Source: an uncultured Thermoleophilia bacterium
GTDB taxonomy: Bacteria; Actinomycetota; Thermoleophilia; UBA2241
DNA: 64,000 nt
NCBI GenBank assembly: GCA_963702475.1
Contig: CAVPCT010000005.1
Span: 640,001 to 704,000, forward strand
Reading direction: 5' to 3'
Under the pieces are notes generated by a model. It was given only the letters and a program-made list of their open reading frames with translations. It did no database searches and was not told the origin of the DNA. The first letter of the stretch is position 1; the number at the start of each line of letters is the position of its first letter. This document shows, one piece after another, positions 22,202 through 31,700 of the stretch. The position numbers and the translations under genes are program-made.

Positions 22202-24049
22202 CTACTCCTCGAGCGCGCGTCCGCGGCCGCGGCGCAGGAGCATCACGGTCGCCACAGCCATGACCAGCACGGCGACCGCGACACCCACGTACACGCCGGT
22301 CCCCACGCCCCCCTCGCTCCGCGGCTTGGGGGCGGGCTTGGGACGCAGGTTCAGGTACGTGTCGATGTTGTCGTTGACGAAGGCGACGGGACCCGACTCC
22401 GGCGGCGCCTGGGTCCAGCCCGCCCACTTGACGATGTTGTAGGCCTCGAGCTGCTGCTCGTAGTCGGTCACGATCAGCGGCGCCTCGCGGTAGAAGATCT
22501 CCGACATGCGGTCTACCAGCGGCTTGCGCGCGGCCGGGTCGATGGCCTCGGCCTGCTGCCGGTACAGGCGGTCGTACTCCTCGTTGGACCAGCAGGCGTC
22601 GTTCCAGCCGCCGATCTGGGCGGTGGTGAACACGTTGAGGATGTAGTCCGGGTCCACATACTCGCCCCAGCCCCAGATGTACAGGTCGTAGTCGGGCGCG
22701 TAGATGCCGTCGCGCTCGTTGTAGAGGGCGTCGCTGATGGCCCCGGAGTCGAGCGTGCGGAAGTCGATGCTCAGGCCGAGGCTCGACAACCACCCCGTCA
22801 CAAGCTTGCCGGTGCTCTGACTGGAAGCGTCGTCGGCGCGAGCCCACAGGCGCAGCACGATGGGCTCTCCCTCTTTGTCCAGCCGTACCCCGCCCATGAG
22901 CGGGTACCCCGCCTCCTCGAGCAGCCGGGAGGCCTTGAGCAGGTCGAAGCCTATCTGCTGGTCGGCGGGTGGATGCCAGGAGTAGGTGGGCACGTCGGGG
23001 GTGATGAGGCTCTGGCCCGGCAGGGCGTAGCCTCCATAGGAGAGCTCCACGATCTTCTGCTTGTCCACCGCCCAGGCGAGGGCCTGCCGGAACTTCGGGT
23101 CGCGCAGCACAGGGTTCCCGAGGCTGTCGGGGCTGTCGTAGCAGTTGAAGGCGATATCGTTGAAGTAGCGCAGGTCGGCGGCGTTGACGTGCAGATCGGG
23201 GGCCGTCTGCAGGGAGCGGAACTGGGCCACGGGGATGCCCTGCGCGTAGTCGAGGGCCCCGCTGCGCAGGTCCTGGGTCATGGTGTCGGCGTTCTGGTAC
23301 ACCTGGATCACGAGCTCGTCGATGTGAGGCTTGCCGTTGACCCAGTAGTCGGGGTTCTTGACCAGCTTGATGTGCTGGCCCTTCTTCGCCTCGACCGTCT
23401 GGAACGGCCCGGTGCCGATGATGGGCGGCTTGACGACGAAGTCGGTGCCGGCACGCTCGCCGGGGACCCTGCCCCAGATGTGCTGGGGGAGGATGGGCAC
23501 CCACAGGCGCAGCATGTTGGCCTTGGGTCTGGCGCAGCGCAGCTCCACCGTCTCGGCGTCGACGACCACCGCCCGTTCGATGCCGTTGGTGTAGCTGGTG
23601 AACGCGGTGAGGTCGTTGTCGATGATGTAATTGAACGTGAAGGCCACGTCGCCGGCGGTGAAGGGCACGCCGTCCTGCCAGGTCACGCCGCGCCGCAGGT
23701 GGAAGGTCCAGGTCTTGCCGTCGGGGGTGACCTCCCAGCTGGTGGCCAGCTCCGGTCGCGGCGAGAGATCGGTGTCGTACCCCACGAGGAAGTCGTAGTT
23801 GAGGTGGAAGATCTCGTAGGACGTGCCGCTCCAGCCGAGGAAGGGGTTGAGGTTGTCGGCGTCCGCGGTGGTGCCGAAGTGCGCCGTGAGCGGCTGCGCC
23901 GACGGCGACGGGCTCACGGAGGCGGCCGCGCCGGCGGGGCCGAAGGCGACGCCGGCGCACACGACCACGAGCAGCGTCGCGACGACGAGCGGCGCCGCCG
24001 GCGCGCGCAGGCCGCGGCGCGCCGCTGCCCACACGGTCGCCAGGTGCAT
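22202..24049 (-). CDS. Family 5 (peptide/nickel) ABC solute-binding protein with C-terminal TM anchor
   Basis: PELATSWEVTPDGKTWTFHLRRGVTWQDGVPFTAGDV, IGTGPF; hydrophobic C-terminus followed by RRGRGR. Confidence 0.92.
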   Translation of the reverse strand: MHLATVWAAARRGLRAPAAPLVVATLLVVVCAGVAFGPAGAAASVSPSPSAQPLTAHFGTTADADNLNPFLGWSGTSYEIFHLNYDFLVGYDTDLSPRPELATSWEVTPDGKTWTFHLRRGVTWQDGVPFTAGDVAFTFNYIIDNDLTAFTSYTNGIERAVVVDAETVELRCARPKANMLRLWVPILPQHIWGRVPGERAGTDFVVKPPIIGTGPFQTVEAKKGQHIKLVKNPDYWVNGKPHIDELVIQVYQNADTMTQDLRSGALDYAQGIPVAQFRSLQTAPDLHVNAADLRYFNDIAFNCYDSPDSLGNPVLRDPKFRQALAWAVDKQKIVELSYGGYALPGQSLITPDVPTYSWHPPADQQIGFDLLKASRLLEEAGYPLMGGVRLDKEGEPIVLRLWARADDASSQSTGKLVTGWLSSLGLSIDFRTLDSGAISDALYNERDGIYAPDYDLYIWGWGEYVDPDYILNVFTTAQIGGWNDACWSNEEYDRLYRQQAEAIDPAARKPLVDRMSEIFYREAPLIVTDYEQQLEAYNIVKWAGWTQAPPESGPVAFVNDNIDTYLNLRPKPAPKPRSEGGVGTGVYVGVAVAVLVMAVATVMLLRRGRGRALEE

Positions 24050-24139
24050 GGTCCCCCCTCCGGATGACGAGGTCCCCGCGGCACGCCGCCCCCGGCGCCG
24101 CCGCAGTGCACGAATGGTACAACCGACGGCGACCCCTGC

Positions 24140-25120
24140 CTAGGAGACGGCCGGAGGATCCATGGCCAGGCCTCCGGTCAACGCGGCGGCCGCTTCCTCG
24201 CGCTCCACCTCCTCCTCCCACACCGGCACGATGTGGAAGTGGAGGCTCGGAAGCTCCGAGGAGAGGTCCTCCTCCATGTGGCGGCCGAGCGTGTGCACGT
24301 GCTCCACCGTCTTGTCGCCGTCGAAGCCCAGCTCGATCTCGACGTACCGGCGGTTGCCGCTCTGGCGGGTGAACACGATGCCCACCTCGTCGTAGTCCGC
24401 GTAGTGGTGTGCCAGCACCCTGGTGATGGCCAGCTGCTCCTTCTCGGAGAGCGGCAGGTCCATGAGGGCGCGGAAGTTGTGACGCACAAGCTCCTGGCCG
24501 ACGTACAGCATGTAGAGGGCCATCACCAAGGCGATCACCGGGTCGATGCGGTCGCCGATCGCGGGCTGTCCCCAGGACACGAGCAGCGACCCCAGCACGA
24601 ACGCCATCAGTACGCCGCCGTCGGTGCACATGCCGATGAAGTAGTCCGCCTTGTAGGCGATGAGCAGCGGCGAGGGGTCGGCCGTGCGCTTCATGAGGCG
24701 GCGGGACAGCGTGAACAGCAGGGTGCCGGTCGCGAACGTGGCGACCACGGGGACGAGGCCGGTGAGATAGCCCACCTCAGGTGCTTCGATGAGCCGCTCG
24801 ATGGAGTCGTAGAGGACGAACAGGCCGGAGGGCACGTAGAGGGCGCCGCAGAGGAAGGCGGAGAAGTTCTCCAGCTTGCCGGCGCCGTACGGGTGCGTGT
24901 ACACGTTCTCGCGGAGCACCTGGCGTATGGCGTACACCGCGAAGGCGTTGATGACGAGCGCGATGCCCGATTGCGCGGCCAGAGCGATCAGCGCCGCGGA
25001 ACCGGCGATGATGGCGCTCGCGACGGTGAGCACCACGAGCGGTACCTCGATGATCAGGCCCAGCTTCAGCAGCCTGTACAGCCGACGAGACTCGGTGTCG
25101 TCGTGATGCGCGTGTCTCAC
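24140..25120 (-). CDS. Cation diffusion facilitator (CDF) transporter
   Basis: GSAALIA, HPYGAGKLENFSA, IDPVIAL, C-terminal TRQSGNRRYVEIEL..HIVP. Confidence 0.85.
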   Translation of the reverse strand: MRHAHHDDTESRRLYRLLKLGLIIEVPLVVLTVASAIIAGSAALIALAAQSGIALVINAFAVYAIRQVLRENVYTHPYGAGKLENFSAFLCGALYVPSGLFVLYDSIERLIEAPEVGYLTGLVPVVATFATGTLLFTLSRRLMKRTADPSPLLIAYKADYFIGMCTDGGVLMAFVLGSLLVSWGQPAIGDRIDPVIALVMALYMLYVGQELVRHNFRALMDLPLSEKEQLAITRVLAHHYADYDEVGIVFTRQSGNRRYVEIELGFDGDKTVEHVHTLGRHMEEDLSSELPSLHFHIVPVWEEEVEREEAAAALTGGLAMDPPAVS

Positions 25121-25279
25121 GGTCCCTCCCCGTCCACACCGGTTCCTCGGGCCCCAGCTGGACTGTCCTCTGACCCTGTATCGGGCGGCGATGCGGATTC
25201 CTTGTGCACTCAGGCGCCCGTTGCCTCCGGCTCGCGGCCGGGTAGGACGTGACTGACGACGACAGGAAGGCAGGCGACT

Positions 25280-26029
25280 GTGCAGCCACTCATCTCGACC
25301 GGCCGCTTCGATGCGGTGATCTTCGACCTGGACGGCGTGGTGACGCAGACGTCGGCCGTCCACGCCGCCGCGTGGAAGCGCCTCTTCGACACGTACCTTG
25401 AAGCGAGGGCCGGGGCGACCGGCGAACCGTTCATGCCGTTCGACCTCGAAGGCGACTACCGCCTGTACGTCGACGGCAAGCCGCGCTACGACGGTGTGCG
25501 CGACTTCCTCGCCTCCCGCGGCATGGAGCTGCCGCAGGGCGACCCGTCCGACGCGCCCGGCACGGAGACCGTGTGCGGGCTCGGCAACCGCAAGGACGAG
25601 CTCTTCGTGGCCGAGGTCAGGGAGCACGGCGTGAAGACGTACCCGTCCACGATCGCCCTCATCGGCGCGCTCCACGAGGCGAGGCTCGGCGTGGGCCTGA
25701 TGTCGTCCAGCCGCAACACCGTGATGGTGCTGGAGGCCACGGGGACGGCCGGCCTGTTCGACCAGCGCGTGGACGGCCTCGTGTCGGACCAGCTCGGCCT
25801 GGCCGGCAAGCCCGACCCGGCCGCGTACCTGGAGACGGCGCGGCGGCTGGGCGTCGAGCCGGCCCGCGCCGTCGTCGTCGAGGACGCGCTCTCTGGCGTC
25901 GAGGCTGGACGCCGCGGCGGGTTCGGCCTGGTCATCGGCGTGGACAGGCTGGACCAGGCCGAGGCACTGCGCGAGCACGGCGCCGACGTGGTGGTGGACG
26001 ACCTCGCAGAGGTGACGGTCGGGGCCTGA
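25280..26029 (+). CDS. HAD hydrolase, beta-phosphoglucomutase family
   Basis: FDLDGVVT, DGKPRYDGV, SSSRN, GKPDP, VEDALSGVEAG. Confidence 0.9.
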   Translation: MQPLISTGRFDAVIFDLDGVVTQTSAVHAAAWKRLFDTYLEARAGATGEPFMPFDLEGDYRLYVDGKPRYDGVRDFLASRGMELPQGDPSDAPGTETVCGLGNRKDELFVAEVREHGVKTYPSTIALIGALHEARLGVGLMSSSRNTVMVLEATGTAGLFDQRVDGLVSDQLGLAGKPDPAAYLETARRLGVEPARAVVVEDALSGVEAGRRGGFGLVIGVDRLDQAEALREHGADVVVDDLAEVTVGA

Positions 26030-26092
26030 CGCCGCGCGTGCCGCACGGCGTCAGGCCCCTCCGCCCCGGACGGACCGGTCAGACCGGCGCCG

Positions 26093-27963
26093 TCAGACCT
26101 CCTCCGAGCCGCGGGCGGCGCCGCACGAGCACCAGGACCACGATGCCGGCGACCACGGCCGCCGCCACGCCGATCCCCACGTACAGGGCGGTGTTGCTGC
26201 CTCCGCCGCTCTCGGCGGTCGTCTCGGCCACCTTGGGTTGGATGCGTGAGGAAGTTGGCGTAGCCACCGTTGCCGAACGGCGGGACGAGCGTGTTGCCGT
26301 TCGGGTCCGGGATGGCGATGTAGCCCTCCCACTCCGCCGTGTTGTAGGCCTCGAAGTCGGGCCGGTAGTCGGTGACGATGTAGGGCGACTGCTCGTAGAG
26401 GATCTGCTGCATGCGGTCGATGTACTCCTTGCGCTTGACCGGGTCCAGTTCCGCGCTCTGCTTCACGTACAGATCCTCGTACTCCGGGTCGGTCCAGTAG
26501 CTGTCGCTCCAGTTGCCGATCTGGGACTCCGTGAAGTAGCTCAGCATCGAGCCGGGGTCGAAGTCGAGGTACCAGCCCCAGATGAACATGTCGTAGTCGG
26601 GCGTGAGTACGCCGTCCTCCTCGGCCAGGATGGTGCTCGAGAGGGTCGGTGAGTCCATGACCTCGAGCTTGACGTCGATGCCCACATCCCTGAACCAGCC
26701 GACGATGAGCTTGGCCAGCTGCTGCTCCTGCGTCTCCTCGGATCGCGCGATCAGGCGCAGCTCGATGGGCTTGCCGTCGTACTCACGCACCCCGTCGCCG
26801 TCCGCATCCGTGTAGCCGGCGGCGTCGAGGAGCTGCTTCGCCTTCTCGGGGTCGTACGTGTACTTCACGTCGGCCGGCGGCTCCCAGTGCCAGTCCGGGT
26901 CCTTGTAGAAGTTCGGCGGGATGATCGTCGTGCCGGGCGTGGTTGTGCCCATGAAGACGAGGTCGGCGGCCTTCTGCAGGTCCACGGCGTAGTTCAGCGC
27001 CTGCCGGAACTTCACGTCCCTCAGCGCCGGGTGGCCCTTGCTCGGCCCCTCGTAGCAGTTGAAGGCCAGCTGGTCGAAACCGTCGGCGGCGATGACGCGC
27101 GCGGTGATACCCGGCTGGTCCTCGAGCTGCTTGACCTGCATCGGGACGAGATCGGAAGCTCCGTCGATGCCGCCGGCCTTGATGTCCTGCAGCATGGTGT
27201 CGCCGTTCGTGTAGTACGTGAAGTAGAGCTCGTCGATCTTGGGCTTGGGCCCCCACCAGGTGGGGTTGGCCACGTACTTCACGTAGTTGTTCTTCTTCCA
27301 CTCCACGCACTGGAAGGGGCCGGAGCCCACGTAGGGCGGGTCGTTGGGGTAGCCCTGCGCCGCGTCCTTCGGGGAGATCTTCGACCAGATGTGCTCGGGC
27401 AGGATCGGCAGCCAGTGGCGGATCATGTCCGGCTTCGGTTTGGAGCAGGTGAACTGCACCGTGTAGTCGTCGAGCGCGGTGGCCTCCTCGATGAGGCGGG
27501 TGTAGGAAGTGAAGTTCGCCATGTCGTTCTTGATGACGTAGTTGTAGGTGAAGGCGATGTCCTTCGCCGTCAGCGGAACGCCGTCGGACCACTTCGCGTT
27601 CTGCCTGATGGTGAACGTCCAGGTGAGCCCGTCGTCGCTCACCGTCCAGTCGGTGGCGAGGCCGGTGGACTCCTCGCCCTTCATCGGCGAGAGCGTCTTG
27701 GGGTCGTACCCCACGAGCGAGTCGTAGGTGAGGTACCAGGCCTCGAACGCCGGCGACTCGAACCCGATGAACGGGTTCAGGTTGTCCGGCTGTCTGGTCC
27801 AGCCGACCTTGTAGACGACCTTGTCCCCGCCCGGCGAGGCACTCGCGGCCGGCGAGGCGCTCTCGCCGGCCGCGAGTGCCGTACCGATGCCCCAGGCGAG
27901 TCCGCAGAGCAGCGCGGCGGCGGTGAGCAGAAGCAGGAGCGGGCGACGTCGTGTGGCGGTCAT
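26093..27963 (-). CDS. Family 5 ABC solute-binding protein with C-terminal TM anchor, paralogue of 22202-24049; frameshift(s) at ~26245 and possibly ~26105
   Basis: DNLNPFIG, GLATDWTVSDDGLTWTF, YDMFIWGW; TM ALYVGIGVAAAVVAGIVVLVLVRRR in the shifted frame. Confidence 0.88.
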
Positions 27964-28264
27964 GTGGGATCCCCCCATTCTCCGTGGTCGGCAGGCTGTG
28001 TGCCGGTGCGTATCGCTGCGCCCCCGTGCAGCGATGCGGTCCCATTCTCTCAGGCGGAGGACGACGTTCAAGGGGGCGAGGCGGCGCCGGCCGCCCGAAG
28101 CGGCCGGCGCCGGTACACGTCGAGCCGGTGCGAGAAGCGACGCGCCGCGAGTCCGCGATGTTCGCCCGCGGCGGGTCAGGGCCTTCCTGCCCCTCGTTGC
28201 CGGGCGATGCGGTCCGGCCGACGAGCCGGGCCGGCGGCCCCGTGGCAGGATCTTCCGTCCGACG

Positions 28265-28293
28265 TTTACACGAACATATGTTCGTGCTACAGT
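28265..28293 (+). promoter_or_regulatory. Housekeeping-sigma promoter with a LexA SOS box in the spacer
   Basis: -35 TTTACA (28265-28270), 17-nt spacer, TG-c-TACAGT -10 (28288-28293). Perfect palindrome CACGAACATATGTTCGTG (28269-28286) matches GAAC-N4-GTTC. Confidence 0.93.
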
Positions 28294-28340
28294 CGGGGTC
28301 CTCGTTCAGACCCTCACCGACCCTTCAGCAGGAGCAGTCC

Positions 28341-28772
28341 ATGGCAGGCGGCGGAGCCACCCCCGAAGACAGGCCAAGGACCGGCGCCGGCGGCGCCCGC
28401 CGCGAGGGCGCCACCGAGGCCGGCGGAGGCGGCGCCGGGGCGAGCGATCGGCCGGTCGGCGGCGCAGGCGGCGCGCCTGCGCCCGAGGGCGCGTCCGCGC
28501 CCGGCCGCGCGCGGCGCCAGGGTCCCTCCCTCCCCGCCCCCGTCGCCGTCGGCTGGAACGAGCGGCAGCGACGTCCCGTCAGCTTCGTGTGGCGCCGACG
28601 CCGCTACCGGGTCGAGCGCGTGCTCGAGACCTGGGTCCTCGAGACCGGCTGGTGGAAGGACGACGGCCACGTCAGCCGCGCGTACTGGCGGGTGCGCGCC
28701 GAGGGCCGCGTGTTCGACCTCCGTTACGACCGCCTCAGCAAGGCGTGGGCGCTGGAGCAGGCGCTCAACTGA
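28341..28772 (+). CDS. DUF6504-like small protein with a Gly/Ala-rich N-terminal extension
   Basis: RPVSFVWRRRRYRVERVLETWVLETGWWK..YWRV..FDLRYD..W. AGGAG RBS. Confidence 0.8.
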   Translation: MAGGGATPEDRPRTGAGGARREGATEAGGGGAGASDRPVGGAGGAPAPEGASAPGRARRQGPSLPAPVAVGWNERQRRPVSFVWRRRRYRVERVLETWVLETGWWKDDGHVSRAYWRVRAEGRVFDLRYDRLSKAWALEQALN

Positions 28773-28783
28773 GCGCGGCCGCC

Positions 28784-31700
28784 GTGAGCTTCGTCCACCT
28801 GCACACGCACAGCACCTTCTCGTTCGGCGACGGCGCCTGCCGCATCCCCGAGATGGCCGCGCGCGCCGCCGAGCTGGGCATGCCGGCCCTTGCGGTCACC
28901 GACCACGAGGGCCTGTACGGCGCCGTGCGTTTCTACCAGGCCTGCAAGGCCGCCGGCGTCAAGCCCATCATCGGAGTCGAGCTCACCGTCGAGCCGGCCG
29001 TCGGCCCCGGCGGCCGCCCCTGGGAGCCCGATCTCGATCATGAGCCCGGCGCCGCCCGTGGCCGGTGTGGCGAGGCACGAGAGATGATGCGAGACGGGGT
29101 GACGCGCCCGACGTCCGCAGCCGCAGGCGCGCAGGGCGGACAGGGGGTTGAGGGAGAGCAGCCGCCGCAGGCGGGCTACCGTGCGGGGCGGCGTAGCGTC
29201 ACCGCACATTCTGCAGGGCCGCCGAAGGCGAGCCCGAAAGGAGCGGAGCGCCCTCCCGATGCCCCCTGCCCGCCCGGAGCGCCGTCAGGGTACGGAGCGC
29301 CGAACGGGCACACGCCGCCCTTCGCCGCGCTCCCGTCCCTCGCCCCCGACGGCCACATCCGGCACCTCTCGGCGGCGGCTACGGTGCCGCCCGCCGCCGC
29401 GAACGCCTCCGGCGCCGGCGGCCACCACCTCGTGCTCCTGGCCAAGGACTACGCCGGCTGGAGCAACCTGTGCCGCATCATCAGCGCCGCGCACCTGGAG
29501 CATCCGGGCGAGCCTCCGCTAGCCAGGCTCGCCACCCTCGCCGAGCACAGCGGCCACCTCGTCGCGCTCAGCGCCTGCCGCCGCGGCGAGGTCTGGTCGC
29601 GGCTGCTCGCCGGCGACGCGGCCGGCGCCCGCGCCGCGGCCTCCGTGCTTCGCGGCATCTTCGGCCGAGAGCTCTTCATCGAGCTGCAGCACGAGCTGCT
29701 GCCCGACTCCGGCGCGAGTCTCCGCGCCCTCGACCTGCTTGCCCACGAGCTGCGCCTGCCCACGGTGGCCACCAACGACGTGCACTACACCGTCAAACAG
29801 GACGCCGGGCTGCACGACGTGCTCGCCGCCGAGGCCGCCAACCAGCCGCTGCCCAACCCGCTGGGGCGCAAGAACGCCGAGCTCTACCTCAAGAGCCCGG
29901 CGCAGATGCGCCGCCTCTTCCAGCGCTACCCGGAGGCGTACGCCAACGCCGGCCGCATCGCCGCGCGCTGCAACCTCGACCTCGGACTCGGCCGGCTCCT
30001 CTTCCCCGCCTACCCGCTGCCGCCCGGCGAGACGGCCTTCTCTCTGCTCTGGAAGCGCTGCTTCGCGGGCGCCGCCGAGCGCTACACGCCGCTCACCGCC
30101 GAGGTCACCGCGCGCCTCGAACGCGAGCTCAAGGTGGTCGAGGAGCTCGGTTTCGCCGAGTACTTCCTCGCCGTGCATGACATCGTCGGGTTCGCGCGCA
30201 GCCGCGGCATCTACTACTCCGGCCGCGGCTCAGCCGGCAACAGCATCGTCAGCTACGTGCTGCGCGTCACCGACGCCGACCCCATCGCCAACGAGCTGCT
30301 CTTCGAGCGCTTCCTCAACCCTGCCCGCAGCGAGATGCCCGACGTGGACATCGACTTCTGCTCCGCCCGCCGCGACGAGGTCATCCAGTACATCTACGAG
30401 CGCTTCGGCCACGACAAGGTCGCCATGGTCGCCACCGTCAACACGGTGCGCGCGCCCTCCGCCGTGCGCATCGTCAGCCGCGCCTTCGGCTTCACTCCCG
30501 ACGAGATCAACGCCCTGTCCAAGCGGGTGCCCTGGGGCAGCGCGGCCAAGCTCGGGGAGATGCTGGAGGAGCGCCCCGAGCTCGCCGACCACGAGTTCCG
30601 CCACCCGCACTTCCGCCGCCTCGTGAGCGTAGCCGAGCGCCTCTCCGGCTTCCCGGCGCACCTCGGCACCCATCTCGGCGGGTTCATCCTCTCGCGCGAC
30701 CCGCTCACCGACCGCGTGCCGCTGCAGTGGGCCGCCAAGGGCGTCGTGGTGGCCCAGTTCGACAAGGACGACGTCGAGACGCTGGGCCTCGTCAAGATGG
30801 ACATCCTCGCCCTCAAGATGCACTCCGCCATCGCCGAGGCGGTGCGACGCATCGAGGCGCGCACCGGCGAGCAGGTCAGCGCCTGGGAGCTGCCGCGCGA
30901 CGACCCCAAGGTGTACGAGCTCATCCGCTCGGCACGCACCGTGGGTCTCTTCCAGCTGGAGAGCTCGGGACAGCGCAACCTGGCCACACGTCTCCAGGAG
31001 CGCGACTTCGAAGACGTCATCGCCGCCATCTCGCTGTTCCGCCCGGGACCGCTGCAGGCCGAGATGATCGCGCCATTCATCAGGCGGCGGCACGGCCGCG
31101 ACCCGGTCGCCGTGCCGCACCCGGCCATGGAGCGCATCCTGCGCCGCACCTACGGAGTCATCGTCTACCAGGAGCAGGTCATCGAGGTGGCGGCCGCGGT
31201 GGCCGGGTTCAGCCTCTCCGAGGGCGACATGCTCAGGCGGGCCATGACCCACGAGCGGTCCCTGGAGGAGATGGACGAGATCGGCCGCACCTTCGTCGCC
31301 AAGGCCATGGCGCGCGGCGTGGCACAGGACGTGGCCGAGGAGGTCTTCCGCCAGCTGCGCGGCTTCGCCGCCTACGGCTTCAACAAGGCGCATGCGGCCT
31401 GCTTCGCCATCGTCTGCAATGCCTCGGCGTGGCTCAAGGCGCACTACCCGGCCGAGTTCTACTGTGGCATCCTCAACAACCAGCCCATGGGCTTCTACTC
31501 GCCGCGCGTGGTGCTCAACGACGCGCGGCGCTTCGGCCTCAAGGTGCTGCCGCTCGACGTGAACCGCAGCGGCGAGTGGTTCGAGGTGGAGCGAGGCGGG
31601 CGGGCGCTGCGGGTGGGGCTCGCCTACGTCAAAGAGATGAGCGCCGCGGCGCGGCAGGCGATCGTAGAAGCACGCGGCGACGGGACAGCCGCTGCCGGGC

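Noticed and set aside
25210-25295. yybP-ykoY Mn riboswitch upstream of the CDF gene
   Set aside because: Only a loose match that overlaps the start of the opposite-strand HAD gene, and the conserved GGGGAGUA/GAGAC elements are absent.
29211-29250. dnaE2 element core as a hammerhead ribozyme (CTG..stem..GAAA) or SRP helix 8
   Set aside because: It has CTGCAGG rather than the required CTGANGA, one copy has GGAA, and the SRP CAGG/AGCA loop is not properly formed. The resemblance is superficial.
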